From the human T2T-CHM13v2.0 reference genome, Homo sapiens: a stretch of DNA of 64,000 bases. The stretch lies in assembly GCF_009914755.1 (NCBI RefSeq), contig NC_060925.1; one strand, given 5' to 3'. Shown here in pieces: positions 40,810-58,000 of this stretch. A model generated the notes under the pieces. The model was not told the DNA's origin and made no database searches. It saw only the letters and a program-made list of their open reading frames with translations. The translations under genes were made by a program, and so were the position numbers. Position 1 is the stretch's first letter, and every line of letters begins with the position of its first letter.

Positions 40810-41545
40810 GGCAGCCCTCACTTTTGCACAATTTCAGTATGTATGACTTCCACTTGCCATGGCTTAAATGGTTCAAATTGAAGTTATGACATATTAACTG
40901 TGATTGCATGAAGTACTCCCTCTTACAGTCTACAAATCACAATATAACAAATGTGTATATGGTCATTGACCAATTACTTTTTTGAAAATTTGTTCATGAC
41001 TGACCATTGCACATCTCTTATTAAGACAGACAGTAAATGTTTGGTTTTGTTGCCTCCTTGTCTCCCAGTAATAAAACCACTTGACATTTTACAAAAATGG
41101 ATAAGTGAAAGAGAGACTTGGCCACAGACATGAAAGTACAGCACAGAAACAAAAAGTTACAACACTGGAAGTGAAATTTGAATTAACCATTTGTGGGGTT
41201 TTAGATGAAATGGTTGACTGAGAATGTTGATCCTGCTGCCATTCAAACGAGACTCTACATATGCATCCAGCCAGAGAAATTTAGTGACAGCAAAACTGTT
41301 GGCATAAATAAGGAAATAAGGAAGATGTCCCAGAGGAAGTGAAATATATCTTCACATTTAAGGAATTCTTAAAGATATCTCATGACATTGAAAATGCAAA
41401 AGGTAAAACGTCAAAAGCTGATCCAAACTTAGGAATATGACAATTCGCCAAGCAAAGAAAGGGTGCTTGCTCTATTGTGTTACATCATGAGAAGGCACTG
41501 CTTAAACTATTACTGATGTTTTTTTTACAAAGATATAAAGCACTT
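40810..41545. mobile_element. TcMar-Tigger-like DNA transposon remnant
   Basis: Interrupts the L1 at a TA; Tigger-like phrases (GAAGATGTCCCAGAGGAAGTG, CATGACATTGAAA, GCTGATCCAAACTTAG). Confidence 0.55.
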
Positions 41546-41737
41546 AGTGAGTGCTTGTGTCTTCAAGATACAAGTCCTTTGTCGCACTTGTGTTTTGCAA
41601 ATATTTTCTCTTGGCCTGTAGCTTGTCTTTTCATCCTCTTAACAGGGTCTTTCATAGAGTAAAGGCTTTAGTTGAGATGGAGTCTAATTTATCTGTTTTT
41701 AAAATTTTATAGATAGTGCCTTTTGTGTCACATCTAA

Positions 41738-42048
<311 letters not shown>

Positions 42049-43479
42049 AGAACTCTTTACCTAGTTATAGGTCCCAAAGATTTTCTTCTATGTTTTATTT
42101 AAAAAGTTTTATAGGTTTATGGTCTAGGTTTACTTACTCAAACCTATGTTCCATTATGAATTGATTTTTATATAAGATATGAGGCTTATATTGTTTTTTG
42201 GGGTTTTTTGTTTGTTTGCTTTTGCCTGTAGGTGTCCAGTTGCTTTAGCACCATTTGTTGAAAAGACAATCCTCCCTCTACTCACAATCCTTCCTTTGCA
42301 CCTTTGTCAGAAATCAGCTATCCATCTATGTGTTGGTCTGTTTCTGGGTTCTCTATTCTGTTCCATTGATTTATGTATTTATCCTTTCAATACTATGCTG
42401 TCTTGATTACTGTAGCTATGTAGTAAAATATAATATTGGGTAGAATGTTTTCTCCCATTTCATTCTTTTTAAAAATTCTATTAGCTAGTCTAATTCCTTT
42501 GCCTTTCCATGTAAACTTTAAAATAAACTTCTTTATATTTTCCAAAATACCTTGCCAAGATTTGGATAGAAATTATGTTAAACTTATAGATCAGTTTGGG
42601 AAAAACTACCATCTTTACTATGTTGAGTCTTCTAATCCATGAATATAATTAGTACATCATCTCCACTTATTTAGGTTTTCTTTAGTTTCTTTCATCAGCA
42701 TTTTATAGTTTTCAGCCGATGATTCTTTTCAAGTTCTGTTATATTTATACCTAAATATTTATTTTTTGAGCACTTGTAAATGACACTGTTCTTTAAATTT
42801 CAGTTTCCATATGTTTATTGCTAGTATATAGAAATCTAATTGATTTTTAATGTTGATTTTGTACCCTTGCTAAACTTGCTAAACTCATTTAATAGTTCTA
42901 GAAGTTATTTTCATTGATTTCTTACTATTTTCTGTACAGATCATTATGTCATCTACAAATAGATCCGGTTATATTTTTTCCTTTTTAATCTGTGTGCATT
43001 TTATTTATTTTTCATGCCTTATTGTGCTGGTTAGAAATTCTATTACTATGTTGAATTAGAGATGTACTACTTAAAAAAAATCACAAAAACCCACAGTCAA
43101 AATCTACACTAAGCATTGCAACTTGAAATATCCATACGGTCAGACAAGTAACATATGTGTAAATTGGGCTGATTAAAATAATAGGAAATGGTAGGAATGC
43201 AGAATACCGAAGAATATGTATACCTCCTAAAGGGAATCATATCCAAAGCTTTTAAAAGTACTGTTTGTTCACTGGCCAAACAAAATGTATTTTAAAACAA
43301 GATTTGGCTTTGGTGGTCTCTAAGTTTCTGTATAGAGTTGCATTCAAAGACAACACAGTTCCAACTTCACAACCCCGAAAGAATAATTTAGATTCTACAT
43401 ATACCAAGTATGGGCCTGTTTTGGGGGGATTACTATCAGAATCATGTTCTTAAGGGTTAAGACTAAGTTGGCAATGAAT

Positions 43480-43990
43480 GTTACATTGCTTAGCTATTCA
43501 TGCATAACATGCCATTCGCAAACCATTATTGCTTTTTGGTCTATGGGCAATAAATTTCTTCTGGGTTTGCTCTTAATCTGGGCTCTGTTTAGCTAGTCAT
43601 GGCTGGTTTATGCATACATCTGCAGTAAGCTGGTAGGTTCTCTGCAGTCTGGCTACTCTAGAGTGGACTCAATTCTTATGTCTGGAGTTAGCTTGCTCAT
43701 AACTAGAGCAATAGCAGGTAATTAGGCTACATGTCTCTTATTATCCAGTTGAAGAATGCAGGCATGTTCTCATGGCAAAGACTGAGGAACCAAGGGAGAG
43801 CAGAGGCCTGGGCTCAAAATTGCCACACTTTAGTTTTTCCCACTTTCTGTTGGCTGTAGCAAGTGACAAGTCCAGCCTGGATTTAAAAGGTGAAGAAATA
43901 AATTTTACTTCTTGATTGGAGGAGTTTCAAAATTATTATGAGGAGGGTAGATACAGGGAGGTCATTAATTTGGGCCATCAGTGTACTGCA
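43480..43990 (-). mobile_element. Old MLT1 MaLR LTR remnant
   Basis: GGCATGTTCTCATGGCA...GCAAGTGACAAGTCCAGCC...CTCTTGATTGGAGGAG motifs. Confidence 0.5.
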
Positions 43991-45340
43991 AGCATGTAGG
44001 TTCTCCTTAAGGTTTGAGATTATTGTTCATCCTTTCATTTCTTTATCAGAAAAATGCCTTGCACATAGTAATATATACTTGTGTAATTATATGTATCTAC
44101 TTATTAATTCTTATAACACCGATTGGTACTCTTACTCTCATGTTGCAGATAAGTAAGGCACAGAGAAGAAACTTGCTTGTGGTCACACAGCTAGGAATCA
44201 CTACATTTTCCATGTATTATCCATAATTGTCAGACCTAGGAGTATTATAATACTATTGACAATAACTGTTTTTTTCCATTTCCAAATAGATGCCTTTTGA
44301 CTGGAAGAGTTGTCAGTCTATTGTGAAAATATAAGAATTTAACTTGACTATTTGCTAGCTATAGCTTTGCATTTTTGCATGGAAATATCAACAGTGATAC
44401 CACCAAATACAGTCTACGTTTTCCTCAAAAGATGTAGCTGTGAATCTGCTTAAGTACTTATATAAGTCCTTGGTTAAACCACATCATGGAAGTGGAATTA
44501 CAGTTAGCTTAAACTATTTTAATGTAGATATTTAGAGCTGACCTTGTTACCTATACAGTAACTTCAATATGTATACTGCGAAATGAGTAAAACTTCTGGT
44601 AGAACTTCCTGAAACTAAAAACAGTATTCCCAAGTTAATGAGTTAATTTCTTTGGTGAATGAGTTTATGTAAGACAGTCCATTAAATGTTAGCTAATGCC
44701 TACAAAATACAATGATTTTGGTTTGGGTCAGTTATACCTTCTAACAGTAGCTATTTAACAAGTCTAATTGCATTTTAAAACCTTTTTCTCATCATAGACA
44801 AATCATATCAATAGTATAGGGAAATGAGGTTTCCTGCAGTAGTTAAACTTGCTTCCAAATTCACTAACTGTTCTGAGTTGTTTGCTGAAACACTTCAAAC
44901 AAGTAGAAAGTAGACTGAATTAAAATACAAACCTACATCTTAATTCGGTATGATATCAAACCTAATTCCTCTGATACAGACGGGAACACAATTTCTAATC
45001 TATTTCCAGTGGGGGTATATTAATAATATACTCAAAAGCGGTTGTACATTGTATTGAAGCCTCATACCTGATTGATTAATATCATAGATGATTCCTGCCT
45101 ATAGAATCAAGGGTGATGAAAAGTTTATGAATGCTCCAAAGAACCTTAAGTATTGTCTCAGAGAAAAGCATGCTACAGTAGTGATGAATACTAGAATTAT
45201 TGTGCTTGAACCTGTATTTTATACTTGAGAGGGAAAGGAAGTTTATAATAGGTCAAGGGAAATTTTCAAAAATTAAATTGAACCTTACACAAATGTCCTG
45301 CAAATTACAAAATCCCTCTTCTCTTCCTAATTGTGTATAA

Positions 45341-45656
45341 TGTTATTGGTTTGCTAGGGATGCCATTAAAAAGTGCTACAGACTGGGTGGCATAAACAAC
45401 AGAAGCTTATTTTCTCATAGTTCTGGAGGCTGGAAGTCCGAGAGCAAGTTGTCACCAGGGTTGGCTGCTTTTGTGCCCTCTCTGCTTGGCTTGTGGATGA
45501 CCATCTTCTTCTTGTTCCTTCACATGGTCTTTCCTCTCCTAATGACCTCATTTTAAGTTAATTACCACTTGAAAACCCTGTCTTCAAATACAGTTACACT
45601 CTGAGGTACTGGGGTTAAGAACTTCAACATGCGGATTTTAGTCAGTCCATAAATAT
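45341..45656 (-). mobile_element. MLT1A/B MaLR LTR
   Basis: AGTTCTGGAGGCTGGAAGTCC and TCTGAGGTACTGGGGTTA motifs. Confidence 0.75.
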
Positions 45657-45854
45657 TAGGAAAAAGGCACTATACTACAGAATGTTAGAGCCTCTTCAAA
45701 TTTAAATTTCTATAAGATGTATTTACATAATTGCAATCTATAAACTGAACATTATTAGTGTAATCAGTATGTTAAGCCAGCCTAGCTTGTGATGTGGTCC
45801 AATTGCAATTTTTCTTGTGTAATCTTTTATTTTTCTTCAATTTTATTTTTCTTC

Positions 45855-48800
45855 AGTTTCTTTATTCACTCATTGATTCATGGGCATTTGGGTTGGTTCC
45901 ATGATTTTGCAGTTGTGAATTGTGCTGCTATAAACATGCATGTGCAGGTATCTTTTTCATATAATGACTTATTTTCCTCTAGGTAGATACCCAGTAGTGG
46001 GATTGCTGGATCAAATGGTAGCTCTCCTTTTAGTTCTTTAAGGAATCTCCATAGTGTTTTCCGTAGTGGCTGTACTAGTTTACATTCCCATCAGCAGTGT
46101 AGAAGCATTCCCTGATCACCACATCCACACCAACATTTGCTCTTCTTTGATTTTTTGAATTTTTCGAATATGGCCATTCTTGCATGAGTAAGGTGGTAGC
46201 ACATTGTGGTTTTGATTTGCATTTCTGTGGTCATTCAGTGATGTTGAACATTTTTCATATGCTTGTTGGTCATGTGTATATCTCCTGTTGAGAATTGTCT
46301 ATTCATGTCCTTAGCCCACTTTTTCATAAGATTGTTTTTTCTTGCTAATTTGAGTTTGTTTTAGATTCTGGATATTAGTCTTTTGTCAGAGGTATAGATT
46401 TGAAGATTTTTCTCCCACTCCGTGGGTTGACTGTTTACTCTGCTGACTGTTCCTTTTGCCTTGCAAAAGCTCTTTAGTTTAATTAAGTCCCAGCCATTTA
46501 TCTTTGTTTTTATTGCATCTGCTTTTGGGTTCTTGGTCATGAAATCCTTGCCTAAGCCATTGTCTAGAAGGGTTTTTCCTGTGTTATCTTCTAGAATTTT
46601 TCTAGTTTCAGGTCTTAGTCCTTGATGTGTTTCAGGACTTAAGTCCTTGACCCATCTTGAGTTGATTTTTGTGTAAGGTGAGAGATGATCCAGTTTCATT
46701 CTCCTACATGTGACTTGCCAGTTATCCAGCACCATTTGTTGAATAGGGTGTCCTTTCCCCACTTTATGTTTTTGTTTGCTTTTTCAAAGATCAGTTGGCT
46801 GTAAGTATTTGGGTTTATTTCTGGATTCTTTATTCTGTTCCATTGGTCTATGTGCCTATTTTATACCAGCACTATGCTGTTTTGGTGACTGTGGCCATAT
46901 AGTATAGTTTGAAATCAGGTAGTGTGATACCTCCAGATTTGTTCTTTTTGCTTAGTTTTGCTTTGGCTATGCAGGCTGTTTTTTGGTTCTATTTGAATTT
47001 TAGAATTGTTTTTCCCAATTCGGTAAAGAATGATGGTGGTATTTTGATGGGGATTGTGCCGAATTTATAGGTTGCTTTTGGCAGTATGGTCATTTTCACA
47101 ATATTGATTCTTCCCATCCATGAGCATGGGATTTGTTTCCATTTGTTTGTGTCATCTATGATTTCTTTCAGCAGTGTTTTGTAGTTTTCCTTGGTAGAGG
47201 TCTTTCAACTCCTTGGTTAAGTGTATTCCTAAGTTTTTGTTTTGTTTTGTTTTGCAGCTATTGTAAAAGGAGTTGAGTTCTTGATGCTCCGCTTGGTCAC
47301 TGTTGGTATATAGAAGAGCTACTGATTTGTGTACATTAATCTTGTATCCGAAAACTTTGCTGAATTCTTTTATCAGTTCTAGGAGCATTCCGGAGGAGTC
47401 TTTAGGGTTTTCAAGGTAAATGATCATAGCATCAGCAAACAGTTACAGTTTGACTTCCTCTTTACCAATTTGGATACCCTTTATTTCTTTCTCTTGTCTG
47501 ATTGCTCTGGCTAGAACTTCCAGTACTGTGTTGAAGAGGAGTGGTGGGAGTGGGCATCCTTGTATTGTTCCGGTTCTCGGAGGGAATGCTTTCAACTTTT
47601 CCCCATTTAGTATTATGTTGGCTGTGGGTTTGTCATAGATGGCTTTTACTACATTGAGGTATGTCCCTTGTATGCTGATTTTGCTGAGATTTTTAATCAT
47701 AAAGGGATGCTGGATTTTGTCAAATACTTTTTCTGCATTTATTGAGATGATCATGTGATTTTTGTTTTTAATTCTGTTTATGTGGTATACCACATTTATT
47801 GACTTGTGTATATTAAACCATCCCTGAATCCCTGGTATGAAACCCACTTGATCATGGTGGATTATCTTTTTGATATGTTGTTGGATTTGGTTAGCTAGTA
47901 TTTTGTTAAGGATTTTAGCATCTATGTTCATCAAGGATATCTGTCTGTAGTTTTCTTTTTTGGTTATATCCTTTCCTGGTTTTGGTATTAGGGTGATGCT
48001 GGCTTCATAGAATGAATTAGGGAGGGTTCCATCATTCTCTACCTTGTGGGATAGTGTCAAAAGGATTGGTACCAATTCTTTTTTGAATATCTAGTAGAAT
48101 TCTCCTGTGAATCCCTCTGGTGCTGGACTTTTTTTGTTGGTAATTTTTAAATTACCATTTCAATCTTGCTGCTTGTTATTGGTCTATTTAGGGTGTCTAA
48201 TTTTTCCCAATTTAAGCTAGGAGGGTTGTATTTTACCAGGAACTTATTTATCTCTTCTAGGTTTTCTAGTTTATGCATGTAAAGGTGTTCTTAGTAGCCT
48301 TAAACGATCTTGATTTCAGTGGTGTCAGTTGTAATACCTCCTGTTTTTGTTGCTTAGTGAGGTTATTTGGATTTTCTCTTCTTCTTTTCTTGGTTAATCT
48401 TGCTAGTGGCCTATCAATTTTATTTATCTTTTCAAAGAATCAGCATTTTGTTTCATTTATCTTTTGTATTTTTTGGTGGTGGTGTTTCAATTTCATTTAG
48501 TTCTGCTCTGACCTTGGTTATTTTCTTTCTTCTGTTTCTTGTTTCTCTAGTTCCTTGAGGTGTGACCTTAGAATGTCAGTTTGTGCTCTTTCAGTCTTTT
48601 TGATGCAGGCGTTTAGGGCTATGAACTTTCCTCTTAGCACTGCTTTTGCTGTATCCCAGAGGTTTTTATAGGTTGTGTCATTATTGTTGTTCAGTTTGAA
48701 TAATTTTTTAATTTCCATCTTGATTTCATTTTTGACCTAATGCTCATTCGGGAACAGGTTGTTTAATTTCCATGTATTTGCATAGTTTTGAAGGTTCCTT

Positions 48801-51360
48801 TTGGAGTTGACTTCCAGTTTTATTTTACTGTGATCTGAGAGAGTGCTTGATATAATTTCTATTGTCCCAAATTTATTGAGGCTCGTTTTATAGCCTATCA
48901 TATGGTCTATCTTGGAGAAGGTTCCATGTGCTGTTGAATAGAATGTGTATTCTGTGGTTGTTGGATGAAATGTTCTGTATATATGTTAAGTCCATTTGTT
49001 CCAAGGTATAGTTTAAATCCATTGTTTCTTTGTTGATGTTCTGTCTTGATTACCTATCTAGTGCTGGTCAGTGGAGTACTAAAGTCCCCCACTATTATTG
49101 TGCTGCTGTCTATCCCATTTCTTAGGTCTATTAGTAATCGTTTTATAAATTTGGAAGCTCCAGTGTTAGGTGCATATAGATTTAGGATTGTGATATTTTC
49201 CTGTTGGGCAAGGCTTTTTACCATTATATAATGTCCCTTTTTCTCTTTTAACTGCTGTTGTTTTAAAGTTGTTTTGTCTGATATAAGACTAGCTACCCCT
49301 GCTTGCTTTTGCTGTCCATTTGCGTGAAATGCCTTTTCCCACCCCTTTACTTTAAGTTTATGTGAGTCCTTATGTGTTAGGTGAGTCTCCTGAAGGCAGC
49401 AGTTAGTTGGTTGCTGAGTTCTTACCCATTCTGTGGTTCTGTGTCTTTTAAGTGGAGGATTTAGGCCATTTACATTCAATGTTTGAGTAGTATTGAGATG
49501 TGAAGTACTGTTGCATTCATTGTGCTATTTGTTGCCTGTGTACTTTGTTTTTTGTTTTTGCTTTAACTTATATTTTTGTTTTATAGGTCCTGTGTGATTT
49601 ATGCTTTAAAGAGGTGCTGTTTTGATGTGTTTCCAGTATTTGTTTAAAGATTTAGAGCCTCTTTTAGCAGTTCTTGTAGTGGTGGTGGCTTGGTAATGGC
49701 AAATTCCCTCAGCATTTGTTTGTTTGAAAAAGACTATGCCTTTCCTTCATATATGTTGCTTAGTTTTGCTGGATACAGAATTGTTCGCTGATAATTGTTT
49801 TGTTTGAGGAGGCTGAAGATAGGGCCCCAATCCTTTCTAGCTTGTAGGGTTTCTGCTGAGAAATCTGCTGTTAATCTGATAGGTTTTCCTTTATAGGTTA
49901 CCTGGTGCTTGTGTCTCACAGCTCTTAAGATTCTTTCCTTTGTCTTAACTTTGGATAATCTGATGACAGTGGGCCTAGGTGATGATCTTTTTGTGATGGA
50001 TTTCCCAGATGTTCTTTGTGCTTCTTGTATTTGCATGTCTAGGTCTCAAGGCCAGGGAAGTTTTCCTTGATTATTCCCCCAAATATGTTTTCCAAGCTTT
50101 TAGAATTCTCTTCTTCCTCAGGAACACTGACTATTCTTAGGTTTGATCGTTTAACATAATCCCAGACTTCTTGGAGGCTTTGTTCATTTTTTTTATTCTT
50201 TTTTCTTTGTCTCTGTTGGATTGGGTTAATTCAAAGACCTTGTCTTTAAGCTCTGAATTTCCTTCTTCTGCTTGTTCAGTTCTATTGCTGAGACTTTCCA
50301 GAGCATTTTGCATTTCTATAAGTGTGTCCAATGTTGCCTGAATTTTTTTATTGTTTTTTTCTTTAAGCTATCTATTTCCTTGAATATTTCTCCCTTCACT
50401 TCTTGTATCGCTTTTTGGATTTCCTTGCATTGGGCTTCACTTGGTGCCTCCCTGATTAGCTTAATGAGTAACCTCCTGAATTCCTTTTCAGGTAAATCAG
50501 GGATTTTTTCTTGGTTTGGATCCATTGTTGGTGAACTAGTGTAATTTTTTGGAGGGTGTTAAAGAGCCTTGCTTTGTCATATTACAGAGTTGGTTTTCTG
50601 GTTCCTTGTCATTTGGATGGGCTCTGTCAGAAGGAAGGTCTTCTGCTGAAGATTGTTGTTCAGATTCTTTTGTCCCACAGGGTGTTCCCTTGATGTAGTA
50701 CTCTTCCCCTTTTCCTATGGATGTGGCTTCCCGTGAGCCGAACTGCAGTGATTATTGTCTCTCTTCTGGGTCTAGCCACCCAGCAAGTATACCCGGTTCT
50801 GGGCTGGTACTGGGGACTGTCTGCACAGAGTCCTGTGATGTGAACCGTCTATGGGTCCCTCAGCTGTGGATACCAGCGCCTGTTCTGGTGGAGGTGGTGG
50901 GGGGAGGGGAAGTGCAATGGACTGTATGAGGATTCTTAGCTGTGGTGGTTTAATGCTCAATTTTTGTGCTGGTTGGTCTCTTGCCAGGAGGTGGCGCCTT
51001 CCAGAGAGCATCAGCGGTGGTAGTATGAAAAGGATCCAGTGGTGGGCAGGGCCCTAGAACTCCCAAGATTGTATGCCCTTTGTCTTCTGCTACCAGGGTG
51101 GGTAGGGAAGAACCATTGGGTGGGAGCAGGGCTAGGCCTGTCAGAGCTCAGGGTCTCCTTTCCTTGGGTGGGTCTTGCTGCAGCTGAGTATCTAGGGTGT
51201 CTCCCGTGTCCTGCAGGAGCAGTGTGCTTCCTTCATAGAGTCTGTGGGTCCTCTCGGGATTGCTGATTTGTTCTTGCAAAAGTTCATGATGCGAGCCTCC
51301 GAATGCTCCTCTGTCCCAGTTGGAGCTGCAATCTAGTCCTGCCTCCCATTCACCTTGATG
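45855..51360 (-). mobile_element. Near full-length L1PB1-like LINE-1 (5' UTR, ORF1 and ORF2 remnants; 3' UTR end absent)
   Basis: ORF1-like 49734-50525 (YKGKPIRLTADFS); endonuclease 49054-49479 (NVNGLN, CCLQETH, IVGDF); RT 47443-48075; frameshifted, so non-coding. Confidence 0.93.
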
Positions 51361-51506
51361 ATCCAAAATCCATTTTAAATTGGATTTAAAGATAAAGGGA
51401 AAAGCCTTTGAGGGCCATGGGAGAGCTCACAGAATTGAAGGGAAGGGTAAAGAACTCGAATGAGAAAAGAGAAGCAGAGGAATTTGAATGGGTTTGGGTT
51501 GGTGTG

Positions 51507-51885
51507 TGTAGCAGATAGAATGCATTAATGGCTAGGATTCTTTCTCTCTCTGTATCTGTGTACACCCTTGGTCGTGTAACTTTGCAGTGTTCTCCCACCA
51601 CTCCAGATGTGCCTTTCTGTTCTACTCCTTCACTCTGAACTCAGTTATGAGACTTGTCTTAGTCAATGGGATGTTAGTTGATATGACATAAGGAGCTTGT
51701 TTGCTGTTACTATTTTGTCATCACATGCCAAACGTGGGTGAACTCAGCCCAAAGAAGAACCATTAAACAAAGCCCAGCCTAAATAACCGATCTGCAGATT
51801 TATGAGCCAAAAGAAATGCTGATTCTTTTAAGTCACTGAGTAGTTGGTTACATAATATTATTGTGGCAAAAAACATAATTGATAT
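51507..51885 (+). mobile_element. Old MLT1 MaLR LTR
   Basis: TG start; TTAAGTCACTGAG...ATTATTGTGGCAA...TGATA end motifs. Confidence 0.55.
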
Positions 51886-52023
51886 TGAAGAAGGCTAATG
51901 GATGCCTATTTTAGAAACATGGATTTTCAATCTTTTGTCTTCTGCTCAAGATTCAAATTAATAAAAAGGTAAATTGACCTAGACTGGGTCATGTGCCCAT
52001 ATGTTGGCTAGAAGAAAGCACAC

Positions 52024-52665
52024 TGAAGCGGTATTGTTGTCTAGGGTAAATATCCAAGGTTTGTCATCTCACATCAGGGAAATTGAGGATATGGACACAA
52101 GAAGTGAGTTTAAGAGTGGAGGTTTAATAGGCAAAAGAAAGAGAAAAGAGAATAGTTCTCTTTCCTGCAGAGAGAGGGGCACCCAAGTTGGTGTTCTGGT
52201 TTCTCGGTGAAGTGCATGGGGTTTTATAGAGCATCTTGAGGAGGCAGGGTCTGATTTACATAGGGCCTGAGAGATTGGTCAGACCAGGTGTGACATTTGC
52301 CTAGTGCGTGAAGAAGCTGGCCACCCTACCTTAATCTTTTATATATGCACATGGGTTTTCTGCCTGGCCAGCGCCATGTTGTCTGTTCTTTACTGTACAT
52401 AGGGTTGACAAAGAGAAGGGAAGATGGAGCTGCCATGTTGAACATGCCTGGCCCTCAGATAGCCTTTTCTTATTGGCACAGCTGCCAGCATTTACCTATG
52501 CAAGCTTCCAACTTGCTTATTTATGCTTGCAGCTTGATTTTACAGGCTGCTCTTTGTTAGAAAAGAAATGATTTTGTGGATGCTTTTTGTTAAAAGGGAA
52601 ACCTTATCAAGGACTCTGTTACCCTCACTACCTGCCTAAATAATTTCTTTCTAGCTCCTGTATCA
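52024..52665 (-). mobile_element. ERV1 solo LTR (LTR9-like)
   Basis: Minus strand begins TGATACAGGAGCTAGAAAGAAATTATTTAGGCAG; TG/CA termini; 4-bp TSD ACAC/ACAT. Confidence 0.8.
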
Positions 52666-53395
52666 ACATCACTTTTATTGTCATTCTTACCAGACTTTAT
52701 TTGATGGAGGATGTGCTAATTCCCTTAAAAGAAAGCAAAATGAATATTGGTTTACCAAAAATAACTACAAGGGCCCTTATTGAATAACATTGAGTATATG
52801 TTTAAAAAGCATTTTTATGATATTGACAAATATTTAAATGCTAGAATGTTTAAAAAGAAAAAAAGATGATTTCTTATTTCTCTTAAGAGTCAACTTGATT
52901 AGGAATTCATTTACTTATTCAATAAGGATTTACTGATCTGCTACCATGTATGAGGCACTGTCCTAGGGCTAGAGATCCAGAAATACCAAATCTGTGATGT
53001 TTTTTATTTCTATCCTCAAGATCATCATCATTTGGAGAGATTAGCAATGAATCCTATGATTATATTGTAGAAGAGAGTGCTAAGTTGAAATACATATGGG
53101 GTGAGATGAGAAGGAGGTGGGTGGCTCCTACCTCAACCATGGGCTCTAAAGAATAAAAGAGAGGGTGATGCTTGGACTGATCTTGAAGGTGGATGAGAAC
53201 AAAGATTGTACCAGGCAGAGGGTACTTTATGTGCAAAGACAGGAAGGAATGAGGGAAAATGATGAATGGAGGGATTTAATTTTATGTAATATAACCAGAT
53301 CATAAAAGGTTCTTCTTGAAATGTTAGGGGTTTAGGCTTTGTTTGGAGGCACTAGAAAGCTGGTGAGGAATTTTAAATAAAAGAATTATATGCTC

Positions 53396-53860
53396 ATTTT
53401 TTTATTATGCTAAAAAACACATAACATAAAATTTACCAACTTTAACCCACTGTTAAGTGTACAGTTCTATAATATGAAGTACATTCATATTTTGAAAGCT
53501 CTCCAGAACCTTTTCATCTTGTGACTCTGAAACTCTATATTCATTAAACAACTCTCTTTGCCCCCCTCCCCATGCCCCTGGTAACCATTCTATTTTCTAT
53601 TTCTCTAAGTTGTACTATTGAAATACCTCGCGTAAGTGGAATCATATACTGTCTTTTGTAACTGGCTTATTTCACTTAAAATAATGTCCTCAAAGTTCAT
53701 CCCTGTTGTAGCATATGGCAGGATTTCTTTCCTCTGTAGGATGGAATAGTATGTCATTCTAAGTATATGCCACATTTTGTCCATTCAATGGACATTTGGG
53801 TTGATTCTACCGCTTGGCTATTATGAAGAGTGCTGCTATGAACATGAGTGTGCAAATAGC
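53396..53860 (-). mobile_element. L1MB 3' fragment inserted in an L2 remnant (~52905-54200)
   Basis: L1MB-type 3' UTR; ATGCTC(A/G)TTTT repeated on both sides. Confidence 0.7.
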
Positions 53861-54629
53861 ATGCTCGTTTTGAGAAAACATTCTGGCAGCAATATAGTTG
53901 GAGGATAGAATGAAGGGTTTGTATCTCTTTGATGTATCAGATGATGTAGGTTTTTTATGCAAACAGTGGTAGCTGTGGGGATGGACATGCTGTGATAGAT
54001 TTGAAAAAGAGGCTTATAGAGTTGAAAATAATTCCAGATTCACAATTGTATGTTGTGAGGGAGGAGGAAATGAGGAAAAAGGAGGGGTTACAGTTGGTTT
54101 ATAGGTAGAGAATGAATAAAGACATTTGTATTGAAGACTATGTTTTCCTAGGGAAGGATTTGTGAGGAGACGCTGTGCTTGAATGGACAGGAAGAGGAAA
54201 ACACTGGGAAGAAACAAGGGGATGCACAAATATTTCAACATCCAGACCTAATTTATATGCAGGGAAAAAATTCAGTCATGGAAACTGAGGGATTTCTTTG
54301 TGACCAATTTTGTGTGTTGTGTGTTGTGTGTGTGTGAACTTGCAGCATGAAAGAGCGCTAACAGAAGAAATGTCATAAGAGGCTTCCTTACTTTATGAAG
54401 CAATTTTTAGATAGCTAGGGTTTAAGTACCATTATTATAGGATCAAAGATTATATGTAATGCCAAAATGCTCAAGTTTATGCCGAGCTTTGAAGCCTGTG
54501 AACCTCAAATGCATGTGTGCACAGTATTGGAGTAATCCTGGGGACCATAAAATAAAGAGGCTGTGCAAATCAAAATTATTTCTGCTAAAGTTATACATGA
54601 ATAATGATGTGATCCAGGACTTAGTTTAT

Positions 54630-54786
54630 TTTCTTTTTATTTAGTGACGGGATCTTGCTCTGTCACCCAGGCTGAAGTGCAGTGGTATGATCATGGCTCA
54701 CTGCAGCCTTGAACTCCTGGTCTCAAAGGATCCCACCTCAGCCTCCCTAAGTGCTGGGTTCACTGGCTGAGCCACCGCAACCAGCC
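54630..54786 (-). mobile_element. Alu monomer (FRAM/AluJ-type fragment)
   Basis: Single antisense arm. Confidence 0.8.
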
Positions 54787-54909
54787 TTAGTTTATATATA
54801 GTGCTTAGAGAATTAGCTAGCATCTTTAAAATGTGGGGTTTTTTTCAATGTTTAAAATTTTGCACTGTAAATCTTTTTCTATGTGTTTGGATTTGAAGTA
54901 AAGATTTAG

Positions 54910-56540
<1,631 letters not shown>

Positions 56541-57326
56541 TCACAAGATTTAGCTTTGATAATCTGAATCATGCAATGTCATAAGACTAACATAAAATCT
56601 AATATAAAATCTGATAATTTTTTTCACATAAGGAGTCATTATCTAGTCCTCACTAAATTTATTACAGAGCTGCCTACGTGTCACCACCGAAAGGTACACT
56701 ATCATCTGATAAATCTATTGTTGATACCTTAAGCTTATATCAGTTGACAGAAAAATTGGCTATAAATCATAGAAAAATTTAAAGTATTTTAATAAAACCT
56801 TATTTTGGAAATGTTTCAAGTTTTCTTTTGGTGGCCAAGTTTAAATGATATATTGCCCATTTTAAAAAATCTTCATAGAAATATCATTAAATAAAGTTTT
56901 GACAGTAGAGTCTCTCTGGGAAAGAATGCTTAACTAGTGGGTCTCAACATAGAAAAGTTTTCACTTTGTTTTTTTTATTTTGTCATATCAGGATACTTTA
57001 AACAATGTACTTGAGATTTCTTGAGAACTTTTGCCCTAGATATTTCTTTTTGCATTTCTATAATTCAACATCATACCAATATTTCATGTTAATTGTCAGA
57101 TTCTTCCATCTGTGTCTGTTTATTTTACGCTGATGCTTTTCTTATCCTAACATGTTTTCCTGTCCACTTTGTCTACAAGAAAGAGAAATCAAAGTTATAG
57201 AGATCAGAGACCCTTGTCAGAGGTCTTATTTTAATGGACATATTTCTAGTGCCAAATTATTTGAATGGTATTTGGAGTCAATTCTTCAGTGAAATATATC
57301 TTCCCTGTGTGTATTACTCTTTTTAA

Positions 57327-57656
<330 letters not shown>

Positions 57657-58000
57657 AGTACCTGGAATAATTTCTAACTGCATCAAGATGAACGAACATG
57701 CAATAGTATGCTCTGTTAAAATGCAGTTTGATTCAGTCCCATGAATTCTAGTTTAAAAAATGTAGTTTAAAAAATCAATTCAGGAAATATTTATAGAGTA
57801 CTTACATGCACTTGGCACTGTGCTGTTTTAGGACATCAAAAAAGTTCATATAATCTTCCTTCCCATTAAAAGCTTAAGTCTTTTGGGTAATATAAGACAA
57901 TCACAAATGGTAGATATTAATACCTCTGAGATCCACTGGATTAGGTGTTAAAGTAAGGCTACTCCTTTGATAGGGCCATGCCTTAAAATCACTCTCAGAG

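Noticed and set aside
47443-48075. 210-aa reverse transcriptase ORF
   Set aside because: Fragment of a frameshifted L1PB ORF2, not an active element or a host gene.
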